NCBI GenBank assembly: GCA_964016885.1
Contig: OZ024740.1
Span: 246,326,001-246,390,000 of the forward strand
Reading direction: 5' to 3'
Origin: Eledone cirrhosa
Taxonomy: Eukaryota
DNA length: 64,000 nucleotides
The notes below the pieces were generated by a model. It did not search any database, was not told the origin of the DNA, and saw only the letters and a list, made by a program, of their open reading frames with translations. Shown in pieces: positions 44,410 through 58,753 of this stretch (positions are counted from its first letter, which is position 1; every line of letters begins with the position of its first letter). The position numbers were made by a program, and so were the translations under genes.

Positions 44410-46845
44410 AAAATAACTTACTAGAGGCGACGGATGAGGTCTGAAGCTGGAGTAAGACCACAAGCAGGAGGAGAGTGACTTGGTGGTGGAACAATAAGGT
44501 AGATGAGGCAGTTAAGGCCAAGAGACAGGCATGGAAAGAATGGAAGAACAGGGGGAGCAGGGTACATTACATAGAGACCAAGAGGGAAGCTAGGCGACAA
44601 GTATACTTAGCTAGGAGGGAAGCAGAGGATAGAAAATTCAAGCATGTTTTGCAACGAGAGGACCAGAAACAGGAGGTGTTCAAGATTGCGAGGCAGTGTC
44701 TCAGAGAGAATTGTGATGTCATTGGAGAGAAGTGTATCCGGAATGATAAAGGTGAGCTTGCTCTCACATGTGCTGAGAAGAAAGATGCATGGAGAGTCAT
44801 TATGATAGATTACTAAATGAGGAGAATGCATGGGAAGAAGAGACCCTACCCAAGTAGACCCTATAGAGGGGCCAGCAGTACAAGTCAGCAGCAGCGTAGT
44901 AAGTAAGGCAATCAAAGATATGAAGATGGGGAAGGCAACCGGTCCATCGGGTATAGCTGCCGAGATGCTGAAGGTATCTGGGTCTGTAGGTCAAACTATA
45001 ACCACACGTATTGTTAACCAGGTAATACTAGAAGGTGTCATACCAAAAGATTGGTGCAGTAGCATCATTGTCAACTGCTACAAAGGTAAAGGTGATGCAC
45101 TCGATAGAGGAAACTATAGAGGTATAAAGCTGATGGACCAGGTCATGAAAGTAACAGAAAGAGTTATAGCACAGTTAATTAGGGACCGGGTGAAACTAGA
45201 TGAGATGCAATTTGGGTTTGTACCAGGAAGAGGCACCACTGATGCCCTCTTCCTTGAGGCAGTTACAGGAAAAGTACCTAGCTAAAAGTAAGCCACTCTA
45301 CCTGGCATTCGTCGATCTCGAGAAAGTCTTTGCCAGAGTTCCACGTGCTGTAATCTGGTGGGGTCTTAGAAAACTAGGAGTAGATGAATGGCTTGTGAAA
45401 GCTGTATAAGCCATGTATAGGGGAGCAGTCAGCAAAGTTAGGATTAGCAATGAGTATAGCGAGGAATTTAGCGTACAGGTTGGTGTCCACCAGGGCTCTG
45501 TTCTTAGCCCTCTCCTGTTCATCATAGTCCTGCAGGCAATAACGGAGGAGTTTAAGACCGAATGCCCATGGGAACTCCTGTATGTTGATGACCTCGCACT
45601 TATAGCTGAATCTATGGTAGAACTAGAGAAGAAATTCCAAACTTGGAAGCAAGGACTAGAAAGAAAGGGTCTCAAAGTCAACATGACAAAGACTAAGGTC
45701 CTTGTAAGTAGACGAGAAAACAGAACCCAGATCCCCCCAGGGAAATGGCCTTGCTCAGTATGTAAAAAAGGTGTAGGTAGGAACTCCATTCTCTGCCCCA
45801 AATGCAAACAATGGGTACACAAGAGATGTAGCGGGATCTCAGGAAGCTTAATTAAGAATGTAGGCTTCACATGCATCAGCTGTACTGGGACAGCAAGCAG
45901 CAAACAGCCACAGGAAACAAGTACCACCAATCTCTGGGAGGGCTCTGTAGAGACAGTAGACAGCTTCTGCTACCTAGGTGACCTAATTAGCAGCGGAGGT
46001 GGGTGTTCAGAAAGTACAATAACTAGAGTAAGAATGGGATGGAAGAAGTTTAGGGAACTACTACCACTGCTAGCTGCAAAAGGCTTCTCCCTCAAAATGA
46101 AAGGCAGACTGTATGATGCGTGTATCCGAACAGCAATGTTACATGGTAGTGAGACCTGGGTGCTGAAGGTGGAAGACTTACGTAGATTAGAGAGAAACGA
46201 AGCCTGCATGCTCCGATGGATGTGTAATAGTAATATACGCGACCGACAAAGCATAAATGAATTGAGAGAGAGACTGAGCATAAGAGGAATCAAATGCTGT
46301 GCAGGAGAGGTGGTTGCGTTGGTATGGACATGTGATGCGTATGAAGGATGACAGCTGCATAAAAAGGTGCAGAGCACTAGAAGTCGATGGAAACCGTGGA
46401 GTGGGGAGACCCAAAATGACCTGGGATGAGGTGATAAAAGCCGACCTTACCCAATTACACCTCTCCAAGGCGATGACACATGACCGTGACCTCTGGCGTC
46501 ACGCAGTAATACAGAGTACCCGACCTCCCATGGGTACAAGCTGAAGCATATAGACAATATGCCCCCACACCCTCCCACTGCAAGGTGGTCGTGGAGGTGC
46601 CACGGCAAAAAAGCACCCAGCCCACACTGTAAAGTGGACGTGTAGGCGCCACGAAAAAGCACCCAGCACTCACTGCAAATGAGGTTGGTGTTAGGAAGGG
46701 CATCCAGCTGTAGAAATCAAGCCAAATCAGTTCCTGTATGAGCAAGGCATGGTCAGCCGACCAGACACTGCCCACAACAGGACAACCCGTCTAACCCATG
46801 CTAGCGTGGAAGAACGGACGTAAAACGGTGATGATGATGATGATG
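44410..46845 (+). mobile_element. RTE-clade LINE, 5'-truncated and frameshifted, intronic and antisense to the host gene, (GAT)n tail
   Basis: TWWWN, GNYRGIKL, QFGFVPGRGTTDA, GVHQGSVLSP, YVDD, ERWLRWYGHV. Confidence 0.92.
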
Positions 46846-47679
46846 AATTATCAATGAAATATTTATTATAAACAATACAGATCAAATAATAGTTATCAAA
46901 ATTAACAATATCAAAGAAACCAAAATGTTACCTGGAAAATAATTAGTCATGATATTTTAGGTAAGCAAAAAAAAAAAAGAAAAAAAAGAAAAAAAAACCC
47001 TCTAAGAAGGGGCAAAGAGAGCAGGAGAGAGAGGAATAATATATCCATTAGGTCAGCATGGCAATTCATGATTTGGTATAAGAATATATAGGACATCATC
47101 ACCATCACTAATTTTCATTCACATTCCATGTTGGCACGAGTTGTTTGTAAAGTGAATGTTTTACTTGTAAAAATATTTTTCCAGTAACATTACAATATCT
47201 TTGTTATTATTATTTACTGTTAGATCTGCATTTTACATATTTTACAATGTTTCAAGCAATTTACACTATTTCATATTGAATATTGTTCGCCAAAGCACAC
47301 ACACAAAAAAAAAAAAGAATTTCAAACTATATACATAGAAAAAAAAAAAAAAATAATTGATAATGCTATATATTTTTTTTAAATGACAGCCACAAAGCTC
47401 CATGTTTTAGAGGAAAAGATGAAAAGTAAAGTTAACTTCAGCATGATTTGAAATAAAAACGTACAGTCAGAACACTGCTCTAACAATTATGCCAATCCAT
47501 TAACATAGTAACATTGGGAAGATGCCCAATGGTTAGGACTAAAACTGTGATATTTGGAGAATAAAGTGTTCCAAAACCCTGATCTTCTGAGAAATTGCAC
47601 ATTTAACAATGAGGGATCCAAAATCAATAACAGCCATAAATAACAATGAGAAAAAAAAATGCATAAAAAGAGCTTTCAC

Positions 47680-47811
47680 CAGAGTATTCATCGCCACCTT
47701 GTCTGTTCAAGAGTATGCAAAGGAGAAGGATAAAGATGATAAAGAAGAGGACAAGGGCTACAATAAGAGCAATCCACTTGGCATCGAGAAAGGCTGATTG
47801 CATGGTGGTTT
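47680..47811 (-). CDS. Nrg: L1CAM/neuroglian-like gene, transmembrane exon
   Basis: (E)TTMQSAFLDAKWIALIVALVLFFIIFILLLCILLNRQGGDEYS(V), AG/GT, 132 bp, phase 1-1. Confidence 0.88.
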
Positions 47812-49117
47812 CTGAAATAGAGAGTAGAAAATGAAGGTGATGTTAATTCAACAGCATTGAACAAATAATTAGCAACAATAACAACAGTAGTAGGTCAAAT
47901 TTCAACAGTTGATAACACTTAAATAACTGATACTTAGCAAGCACAAGGTAAACAGTGGCAATGTATGAGATAGAGATAGACTGAGACTCAGCAATTGCAG
48001 AGCATGACACACCCAAACACTCACAGATACACTCATCAAGCTACAACATTTAACCAAATTTAACAGAAGCACTATTTAGTTAGCAACGCCCACAGTTAGC
48101 CACATCAATATTCATGCCATGTTACTAACTCCACAGACTTCAACAAGGTGTTGATAACATAATGATAGAAAATATCACAGCAGTCCAACACTGATATAGA
48201 TAATGGCTATTGCGACTTATCTAACAGTTTGTGTAAGCAAATTTTCTATCATTGATTCTATTTACTATGATCAGAGGTTGTGCAAACAAGATACCCAAGG
48301 AAAGGGTTTACAGTAGGCACGCACATATCTTTCACTTTACAGACGATCTTGCTGCATTAGTGAAGAGCAGTTTACACCTTCATTCCTTGATAATAACATA
48401 AAAACAAAAACCAGCGTTAATGGACCCACCATCAGCTTCAATAACAAGCATTCAACTCCTTGGTCATCTTTGAATTAATGTACAGGTGGCTGACTATTCT
48501 ACAGACATCTGTACATTTAACAATTTAGAAGCTGAACCAACATGACACAATATGTGAAAAGGTTGGATCTTTGAATAACAGGTACAAATCCATCCAACAG
48601 GCTTCTGGAAAGTTACCATCTTCCCATTTTTATGCATAAGCCTTTGGTCAACCAGAAGCTATGGTAAAAGACACACACAGTGGTATCAAACATTGAACCT
48701 TTTGGTTGTGAAGCAAACAAGCTGATTAGTAAACTGTTGTAAATTGATGCCTATTGGCCACTAAATATGTTGGCAGCATCATTTTTGTCATTAACTGACT
48801 AGACCATCACTCAAACCACTCTATTTTTATATTGACAAAGAGCTGACAAAGGCAACATTTGGAGGTAACAACATAGAAAATGTTTGTTTAATGATTTTGT
48901 CAATAGTTGATTTGATTTGAAAACTATTTCAAATCTTCAAAGAATTAATGGAAATCACATGATAAGAAAAAGATAATCATGAAAGTTGATGAGAAGTTGT
49001 TTTGAGTCTTCAGCAAAAATTATGAATTACAGAATGTTTGTGTAGATGAAGTAAATTTATCAATTGAACAATTAATGGCATGAGTTTGTGAAGGCATGTG
49101 TAAAGACATGTAAATAT

Positions 49118-49130
49118 GAGAGAGAGAGAT

Positions 49131-49214
<84 letters not shown>
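49118..49214. repeat. (GA)n microsatellite
   Basis: Direct inspection. Confidence 0.95.
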
Positions 49215-49217
<3 letters not shown>

Positions 49218-50321
49218 CATTGGCAGGTTACCCTAGTTGCTGACAAAAGCAAACTCTACTGCAATCAGAATGTGCTAACAAATGAGAGGTAGATAGCTGG
49301 CTGTTCTGTCTTTTATAAAAGAAGATGGTCTGCTGATGCATTTCTCAAATGATAGGAAGTTGTGTTAAAATATTGAATAATAAGATATTGACATGGTTAA
49401 GTATAAGATAAGAAAATGGCCATTGTTTTGGAAACAATAACAAGTTGGTTATATAAAATTTAACCACACACACACACGTGATGAGCTTCATTAATTTTCC
49501 ATCTATCAAGTTCATTTACAAGGCATTGGTCAATCCAAAGCAATAGAAGACACTTGCAAAAGATGCATCATAGTGGAAATGTCACCTGAAACCCCGTGGT
49601 TGAAAAGCAAATGTCTTAACCACACAGCCATGCTTGTGTCAATTCAAAAATAGGATAATTATAATCCACACGTACAAAAATGGAAAGATCATAAAAAAAT
49701 GAATTGGTGTCAGACCCATACCAGCAGTCACTATATAATGGTAAAATATAGATTCATACCAAAAGATTCTGCTAAAGTAGTTAGATTGCCTTAAGTAGTT
49801 GTTTTGGTGCCACAACAAAAAGTGCCCAGTCCACACTGTAAAGTGGTCATTTCAGTGCCACAATAAAAAAGCAGCCAGTCCACACTGTAAATATGGTTGG
49901 AAGGGCATCCAGTCGTAGAAACCAAGCCAGAAACAGTTCTGTATGAGCAAGACATGGTCATCTGATCTGGCTTGTCTCATGGCAGGACAACTAGTCTAAT
50001 CCATGCTAGCATGGAAAATGGATGTTAAATGATAATGGTATGGCACAATATGGAAGTAGAGGATAAACATCTATGCAATTTGGTGATAAAACTTATTTTA
50101 TCTTAATCCATTGTCCAGTTTAACACCATCATCAGTCTCTTGAGGGTCTTTAGTGAATCTTACTTTGTCGTAAGCTTACAGCAAAGGTATCTGGTTTCAG
50201 GAGACTTCTCTCTCTCCCTTTCACTAGCCATGGAGGCCCTGAAAATGGGTTGTGGGCACTGTCCTTCTCTCCCCTGACTAAAAGAAAAGAAAAAAAAGAC
50301 ATTTCTGCTTTGTAAACTTAC

Positions 50322-50642
50322 CACCAACTTTAGAATTCTGCTTTAGAAGGGCAAATTTCACAACAGTTTCAACTTTATTATGGATCACAATAGAATAGTT
50401 GCCAAGGAAGCTCTGAAAACGGTCCTCGTCCATTAGAGATGTATTGACAATTAAAGTCCAGTTTGACATAAAGATTTTGACATCAGATATATCAAAAAGT
50501 TCTATTTTATTTCCATCTAGGTTCCAGGTGTACGTTGTTTCTTCTTCAACCAAAGGGTCAACCTTGGCTTTAATATGAAAGGCAGCAACATCTCCTCTGG
50601 AAATCACTTGATCTTCAGGAGATTTAAGAATATCTGTTTTTA
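50322..50642 (-). CDS. Nrg: L1CAM/neuroglian-like gene, Ig-domain exon lacking the canonical cysteines
   Basis: (L)KTDILKSPEDQVISRGDVAAFHIKAKVDP...YTWNLDG...TLIV...GNYSIVIHN...KVG, AG/GT, 321 bp, phase 1-1. Confidence 0.85.
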
Positions 50643-51295
50643 CTGCAACAGAAAAGTTAGAAGTGGACCAGTTTAATGGTAGTGTTATAAAGCCAAATCA
50701 TTGTTTGGTGATAGAAAAATGGAAGAAATGACTACAAAAAAACTACAGCATCAACAATGTAGTAATGAGAAACCCTTTACGTAGTTGTTCGTTCCACTAA
50801 AAGTAGCCATCCTGATATGCAAACAGGGATACAGTGTTTCTGGTGGTAATACTTTGATCTAAGGTCTGTTTGATCAGGTTTTACCTGGTGTTGAACAACA
50901 ACTTGGACCATGAAGAATTGTGGTAATGATAGAGATGTAGCGAGGTTATGTATGTAGATTGAATGACAATTCTACATGGTAGACGAATATCCATAGAGTT
51001 TTGATGTTGCCCTAACAGACCTGATTGAATAGACCTATAATTAAAGAGAGTCTAGCACATCAATCCTGTCCATCTTTTTATATATCAGAAAGTACATTGT
51101 CTCTTTTTTAAGATGATAGGTAGGAGATTTGGCTGCTATTTTGTGGTGACATAGTAGTGGATCCCACCATCCATCATCTATCTGTCTTCAAACAGAGATA
51201 TAGCAATTTTAGACTGATCAGTTTAGCTGAGTCATTGCTTGTATGCAATATAATAGTTATAAACCACTAGTTTCTCAGTGGGCAAAAGATCGGTA

Positions 51296-51344
51296 GTCTT
51301 TCTCTGACGAAGGTCTAACAAAACTAGAAACTAGTCAGATCGAT
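51296..51344 (+). ncRNA. Degenerate intronic hammerhead motif, antisense to the host gene
   Basis: GUCUUUCU-CUGACGA-AGGU...ACUA-GAAA-CUAGUC/-AGAUCGAU, with palindromic ACUAGU. Stems I and II are weak. Confidence 0.58.
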
Positions 51345-51902
51345 TCTATATTTTTGTTCATAGAGATAAAACTTATGATGTAATTGCTTGGTTTACTTTT
51401 CACAGCAAAGCTAAAATTGTATTGTTTATTAAAAAACAAACAAAAAAAACTTGATATGTAGTTTTCATGTTTTTGCAAGATCAAATTGGCAGATGTTACA
51501 ATATCAAACAAAATGTTTTATGGCATTTCGTCTGACTCCTTGCACTCTGAATTAAAATCTTGCTGTGGCTAACTTGTGTGGTAGACTTAATTTGTTGCCT
51601 GGTTTAATAACACCACCTGGCCATTGGGTGCCTTCAGTGGAATCTCCTGTGGCAAATATTCAGGCCAGCTTTCCTCCAATTTGAGGAAATTTTCCTCTCT
51701 ATGAGTCTTGGAGGCCCTGAAAAGGGATAATGATACTGTCCTTCATTATCACCTGATTAAGCATTAACCCTCCATAAAAAAAAAATAAAATAAAAAAAAA
51801 CTTGTGTTGAAATATTCACACATAGAAGAAAAATGGGAAGTTTCTCATTTTTCAAAGCATATAGCTTACTAAGAAACAAAAATGGAGAGATTATATACTT
51901 AC

Positions 51903-52046
51903 ATATAACGTTAAATGAAATATCGGCAAACACTTCCCCATAGGTATTGTCGATAAAGCACTGGAAGTTGCAAATATCTTCTCTCTTCGTAACATTTCTA
52001 AAGGTAAGAGTGGTGCCATCCAAAGATAACCCCAGCCTGTCATTTA
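51903..52046 (-). CDS. Nrg: L1CAM/neuroglian-like gene, exon encoding the C-terminal half of an Ig domain
   Basis: (V)NDRLGLSLDGTTLTFRNVTKREDICNFQCFIDNTYGEVFADISFNVI, AG/GT, 144 bp. Confidence 0.88.
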
Positions 52047-53009
52047 CTGGTAAGAAAAAAAAAAACAGAAAAAATAGAATTGGATGAGAAGCAAATAAAG
52101 ACATTTTAAGAAGAAATGAGAGAGGGAATTAGAGTGAAACAAGGAAAGATATTCTGATAATCAGAGAAAGAGATTTGGTGTAAGAAAAATACATTTTGAG
52201 AATTAGGAAGCGAGACAAAAGGGAAGGTATGAGAATGGTGTGAAACTAAAAAATGAGGAAATGAAGAGAAGCTAGTGAAATACAGAAATGCATCAGATAG
52301 ATAAGTGTTGAATTTTCAATTTCGTAGATTTCTTTAGATATTCAGATATATAGATATATTTGTTTATATATATATATTTATATATATATGTGTGCGTGTG
52401 TTAGATGTACATGATTTTTGATGTATGTATATATATATATGTATGTGTTAGATGTACATGATTTTTGATATATGTATGTGTCAGATGTACATGATTTTCG
52501 AGATGTTCAGATATATAGAAATGTATGTATAGTTATATATATATGTGTTAAACATGAGTTGAATGTGTGTCTATATATATATATGTAATTTTCTTATATA
52601 GGATGTAAATATATATGTGTATGTATTTGCGAGCGATAAAGCTGTGTTAAGAAATCTCTATTTCCCATTCCGGTATACATGCCTGACGCTATATGCTAGC
52701 CACTTGTGCATATAGCACCTTAAACCCAGATCCACTCAGAGCAGTCACGGGGCGTACAGAGGCTCTGTAAGCCAAAGTGTAAGCAACCCGTCTAGGAGAG
52801 CTACCACTCTGAATAAATTGGTGCGGGGTGGAGAAGCCCCCTAAGTCCAGTAAGACGACTTCTCTAGTGCTGGTGGTATGAATAAAAGTACCCGGTCCAT
52901 GCTGTAAAATGGAGGTAATGGTAGTAGCATTCAGGCATTAAAAACCATGTCAAAGTATGGGGTGGAGGGGGGCCTCTGAGTCCAGTAAGACAACTTCTCT
53001 AGTGCTGGT

Positions 53010-53503
53010 GGCGACTTGTGGCTGGAGCAAGGCTCCAACCAAAAAGTGGGTGACTTGGTGGTGGAACAGCACAGTAGATAGAGCCATTAAAGATAAAAGA
53101 CAAGCATGGAAGGCTTGGGAAAATGGTGGGAGTAGAGACCGATACTCAGCTGTTAAAAGAGAGGCTAGATGTCAGGTATACTTAGCACGCAAGGAGGCTG
53201 AGAGTAGGAGGTTTGCCAATGTTTTGCAACAAGAAGATCAGAGACATGCGATGTTCCGCATTGCAATGCAGTGTGAATCAGGATGTTGTTGGAGATAAGT
53301 GTGTTTGAAACGATCCTGGTGCACTTAGTGTCACTGATGCTCAGAAAAAGGAGGCCTGGAAATGTCATTATGAAAGACTGATAAATGTTGAGAATGAATG
53401 GCAGAGAGAGAAACTACCCCCAGTAGACCCAACAGAGGGACTAGCTATTGAGATTGACGACTATAGGGTCAAAGTGGCAAAAGCAGGGAAAAGCGGACGT
53501 AAA

Positions 53504-53536
<33 letters not shown>

Positions 53537-55120
53537 GTGGTAAGGCCGCTGGTCTGTCAGGAATAGTTGCTGAGATGTTGAAGGCATCAGACGTAGGAAC
53601 TAAACTGGTTGCATGCATAGTCAATCAAGCTATATATATATCGTGGAGTCATACTCAAAGACTGGTGCAGCAGTATTCTTATAAATTGCTACAAAGGTAA
53701 AGGGGATGCTCTGGAGAGGAGCAATTAAAGGGGCATAAAACTGATGGATCAGGTTATGAAAGTGACAGAAAGAATGCTATCACAACTAATTAGAGAAAGG
53801 GTCAAATTAGATGAGATGCAGTTTGGTTTTGTGCCGGGAAAAAGTACAACAGATGCCCTCTTCTTAGTGAGACAACTACAAGAGAGGTTCTGAGAGAAGA
53901 ATAAGCCACTATACTTAGCTTTTGTTGACCTAGAAAAGGCCTTTGATAGGGTACCCCGATCTGTCATCTGGTGGTCCCTAAGGAAACTAGGTGTTGAGGA
54001 ATGGCTTGTGAGGACAGTGCAAGCTATGTACAGAGGTGCTGTCAGTAAAGTGAGAGTAGGAATGGAGTTTAGTGAGGAATTCCAGATACAAGTAGGAATG
54101 CATCAGGGTTTGGTCCTCAGCCCACTCTTGTTCATTATAGTCCTCCAAGCCATAACAGAGAAGTTTAAGACTGGCAGCCCATGGGAACTTTTCTATGCTG
54201 ACGATCTGGTACTTGTAGCAGAATCAGTAGAGGAGCTAGAGAATGAATTCTGGCAAACAGCAGTTGGAACAAGAGGACTGAGGGTGAACCTAGCTAAGAC
54301 TAAAGAGTTGATAAGTAGGAAAGAGGAAAAGACTGATTCCATCAGGGAAATGGCCATGTTCGATATGTAGAAAAGGAGTTGGCATAAATTCTATAGAATG
54401 TACACAATGCAGATCTTGGGTACACAAGAGGTGTAGTGGGATAGCAGGCAAATTAACAGGTAGGGAAAACTACATATGCAGTAGATGTCCAGGGAAATTT
54501 GAGATGGCTGATAGCTTCCGATACCTAGGTGATCAGATTAGCAAGGGGGGATGGTGCGCCGAGGCCATAGTATTTAGAATAAGGATGGGTTGGAAGAAGT
54601 TTAGGGAGCTGCTTCCTCTGTTGACAAAGAAGGGTTTCTCCCTACAAACAAAAGACCAGTTATATGATGTCTGTGTGAGATGCATGATGCTGGATGGTAG
54701 TGAGACATGGGCAGCAACTGTGGAGGATATGCGATGGTTGGAGAGAAATGAAGGAAGCATGCTCCGATGGATGTGCAATGTCAATGTGCATCAACGACCA
54801 AGCATAGTCAAGTTGAGAGAGAAACCGTGTATAAGCGGGATAAGTTGTAGTGTGCGGGAGAGAAGACTGCGTTGGTATGGACATGCGATGTGCATGGAGG
54901 ATGACCACTGGGTAAAGAAGTGCCAAGAAATCCCAGTAGAAGGAAGATGCAGTAGAGGAAGACCACGAAAAATCATGGGCTAAGGTGATGAGAGCTGACC
55001 TCAGATCGCTGAAGCTCATGATGAAGGACCGTGATGAATGGAGAGATGCTGTGCTGAAAAGGACCTGTCCCACCCTTGCCAGCAAGGAAAAGCAGACGTA
55101 ATATGATGATGATGATGAAA
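53010..55120 (+). mobile_element. RTE-clade LINE, degenerate and intronic, with a short SINE tail inserted at about 53477-53536
   Basis: TWWWN, FVDLEKAFD, GMHQGLVLSP, YADD, RRLRWYGH, (GAT)n tail. Confidence 0.9.
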
Positions 55121-56378
55121 ATACTGACAATGAAACCTGGAAGAGGAAAGAAATGAGGGATGGGATCATCTTGAGTTGTTAAACCAGTATTGTATCATAT
55201 GTTGTTAGACCATTATTGTATCACCATCATCACTGTTTAATGACCATTTTCAATGCTAGCATGGGTTAGACGAGTTGTCCCACCATGAGCCAAGTCAGGT
55301 CAGATGACCATGTCTTGCACACACAAAACTGATTTTGGTTTGGTTTCTATGGCTTGATGCCCTTCCTAACGCAAACCACATTTACAGTATGTACTGAGTG
55401 CTTTTTGTCGTGAAACCTACACAACCACTTTACAGTGTGGACTGGGTACTTTTTGTAACACTTACACAACTACTTTACAGTGTGGACTGGGCACTTTTTG
55501 TTGTGTAACTATTAAACTAGTATTGTATCCTATATTAAATGAAAAAATCTCTTTGATTGAGATGAAGCGAGAGTGTTTTTGAATACATAAAAAATGAGAA
55601 AACTCATCGCTAGAACAGCCGTTAAACCAGCTAAATCCTATCAAAGACAGGATTGGGCAAAAATGCCTCAGAGGACAGAGACCAGCGGCCAGTGTTCAAC
55701 AGAGAGACAATCCACAAGGGGGTGATAGGCTGATGGAATATAAGAAAGATTGAAAGAGGAGGACAAGAAGTGTGTTGGCGGACATAAGTGACCGAAAGAG
55801 GAACAAACCAAAACAATAAAAAAAAGCTTATGTGAGGGTGATAATAGAGCAATGTGAGTTGTGTGTAAGTGTGTATGATGTGCACACGTGTGTGAATTAG
55901 GGGGAGGGTATTTATATGGATTATATGAATGTTAGTATACTGTTTGATGTTACAGCTCATGCCTGCATAGGTTTAGCCAGTCAGCTCTGAGATATAAGCT
56001 CATATGAGGTGTCTTAGGTGTTTTCATGATAGAGGCCCCAAATCATAACATGTCACCACTTTTCCAATGACAGACAACCTGATTTGCACCCAGAATGCAC
56101 AAAACCAGAACTGATACTGCATGGCATCTCATCCAAATCCTAAAAGTTCTGGACCAGTTCTTTATTTATTGAATACCTCCATCCCACAAAAAGATGAAAA
56201 GCAAAGTTGACTTCATTGAAATTAGAAGTTAGGGTGCATAATGGAGCAAATACCATAAAGCATAGAATCTGACATTCAAATGACTTTGCAAATTCAGTAT
56301 ATATTAGTATAGTAGGATTGTTTATAACATATGTAGCATAAACTGCACTGGGGAATAGCTAAAAGCATTCTTACTTAC

Positions 56379-56540
56379 CTTGACCATAAGGCAAATATAA
56401 ATCCTTTCCATTTTTCATCCATACAGGCCGCTTCAATTCGTTTTCGGATTTCAGTGCTCTGGCTTTACAAATGAAGTGAGCATCCGTTCCTTCGGTAACA
56501 ATCTTCACAGGGTTGGGTTTTTCAACCCAAAGAGGAGGGG
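56379..56540 (-). CDS. Nrg: L1CAM/neuroglian-like gene, exon encoding the N-terminal half of an Ig domain; upstream exons not found in this window
   Basis: PPLWVEKPNPVKIVTEGTDAHFICKARALKSENELKRPVWMKNGKDLYLPYGQ, AG/GT, 162 bp, phase 1-1. Confidence 0.88.
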
Positions 56541-56624
56541 CTGTATAAAATATACATATGTATATATATAAAACTTGAGCCAAGAGATGTCTAAGTATTA
56601 GAGACAAATAACTTTTTAATTGAT

Positions 56625-56718
<94 letters not shown>

Positions 56719-57904
56719 TATTATTATTTAACCTCCCAGGAATAACCCGCATCCAAATTATAAGTTGAACTTTTTACTCTGTTTATCATAGTTTAATTTT
56801 TATTAATTGCTTGCAATTTTTGTCTTTGCTTTCTATTTGGCAGCCCTGGTTGAGTACTTGATGGTTCATTTTTTCTTTGTTCATTTTGAAAAAAACATGC
56901 TTACGTGGTCTTTCAAATAGCACGTGCTGGCTTATCTCTTCATCACTGTCACATGACATTAAGTTTGGAGATTGCTACTCTAATGGGGACTTCAAACCAA
57001 GACAGTAGGCTCACACTGACCTGTTCCAAAGAAGCTAATTTCCTTGCTGATGAAGCTACACTTAGCTGATTACATAACACTTAATATCATTACCTAATTT
57101 ACTGTGCACATCAGCAGAGGGAGTACTGGAAACTAATGCATTAGTCCGGAACAAGAGAATCAAATTCTCTACCCACGCAAAATCGCTTTTCTCACTATTT
57201 AACGTATAAGTGTCCACTCTAATTTCCCTTGGTTGGTATCTTACTGATACTGACTTAATTAAAGCATTGAGTGAGTGGGAAAACGATCTCAGGTTTTTCA
57301 GTCCTATCTGATGACTTCATTTCAGTATTATTATTATTATATACACACACAATTTGACCATAATAATAACCCACATGTGTTTGTAAATTTATCTATATAT
57401 CTCCATCTATAAGTTTAAAATCTATACACAATCATACACAGATACAATGCATTTCCGACCCAGTCAAGTTTCTACAATAGAAAGTACACTTTCTAGTCAC
57501 AAGGTCCAGGGTTTAACCTGATATTTATCCCTGTAAATATAATTATTTCTTTAAAATTACTCATACATTTAATCCTGTTTGTAATTTATATATACATGCT
57601 GAAAATTTATGTAATTATATCCTAGAAATAAATGATTAAAATATCTTTTTATCTTTAATCACTTCCATGTGTTAGTAATTAACAAGCTATAGAGTTTCCT
57701 CATCATCATGTTCGTTTAACATCTATCTTCCACACTAACATGGGTTCTCTTATCAAAACCATATGTTTTCAAATTTCCCAGTTTGATGATATTGGTAATA
57801 CAGTCAATGTTATAGCTCTCTAAACTATAATAAAATAAGAAGCGCGGGACTGTGTACGGTTTATAATTTTTTATCCCATTGGTAAAATAAGTTGGATTAC
57901 TTTG

Positions 57905-58325
57905 AATAAATAATGATTTCTAGTATAGGCACAAGGCCAGTAATTTTGGGGAGGGGAAAGTCGATTAAATCGACCCCAGTACGTTACTGGTGCTTTATTT
58001 TATCGACCCCGTAAGGATGAAAAGCAAAGTTAACCTCGGCGGGATTTGAACTCAGACCGTAAACGACCGTAACTCTATGCTGCAAAGCATGGTGTCCGAC
58101 TCTCTACCGATACTGCCAATCCACTGCCCTAAATAATTGTTTCTACGTTAGGCACAAGGCCAGCAATTACCCAGTGTATTACTGATACTTTATTTTATCG
58201 ACCCCGTAAGGATGAAAGGCAAAGTTAACCTCGGCGGGATTTGAACTCAGAATGGCAAGGGCTGTAACTCTATGCGTCAAAGCATGGTGTCAGACCCTCT
58301 ACCAATACTGCCAATCCACCACCAC
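57905..58325 (-). mobile_element. Tandem dimer of the second SINE family
   Basis: Two head-to-tail ~200-bp units, each with GGGATTTGAACTCAGA. Confidence 0.8.
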
Positions 58326-58415
58326 TACTTTGAATAAATAATGAATGGATATTACATAATTTATCTACTAAATTTTGTGGCTGTTCATTAAATATATTTT
58401 ATTATTTATTTAAAT

Positions 58416-58753
58416 GGAGGCACATGGCTTAGTGGTTAGAGCATTGGCCTTGCAATCGAAAGGTTGTGAGTTCAATTCACAGACCGGGTGATGTGTTGTT
58501 TCCTTGAGCAAGACACTTTATTTCACATTGCTCCAGTTTACTCAGCTGTAGAAATGAGATGATAGGGACTGGGGTCCTTATCATTCCACTGCAAAGTGGT
58601 TGTGGTGGTGCCACAGCAAAAAAGCACCCAGCACTCACTGTAAATGAGGTTGGTGTTAGGAAGGGCATCCAGCTGTATAAATCAAACCAGAACCAGTTCC
58701 CGTTCCACCCTTGCAAGCAGGGAAAAGCAGACGTAAAATGATGATGATGATGA
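58416..58753 (+). mobile_element. tRNA-derived SINE, same family as 19118
   Basis: Near-identical to 19118-19467. Confidence 0.88.

Noticed and set aside
57040-57080. CTGATGA-AGCTA(CACT)TAGCT hammerhead-like half core
   Set aside because: GAAA is replaced by GATT and no stem I or III can be formed. At best a dead relic.
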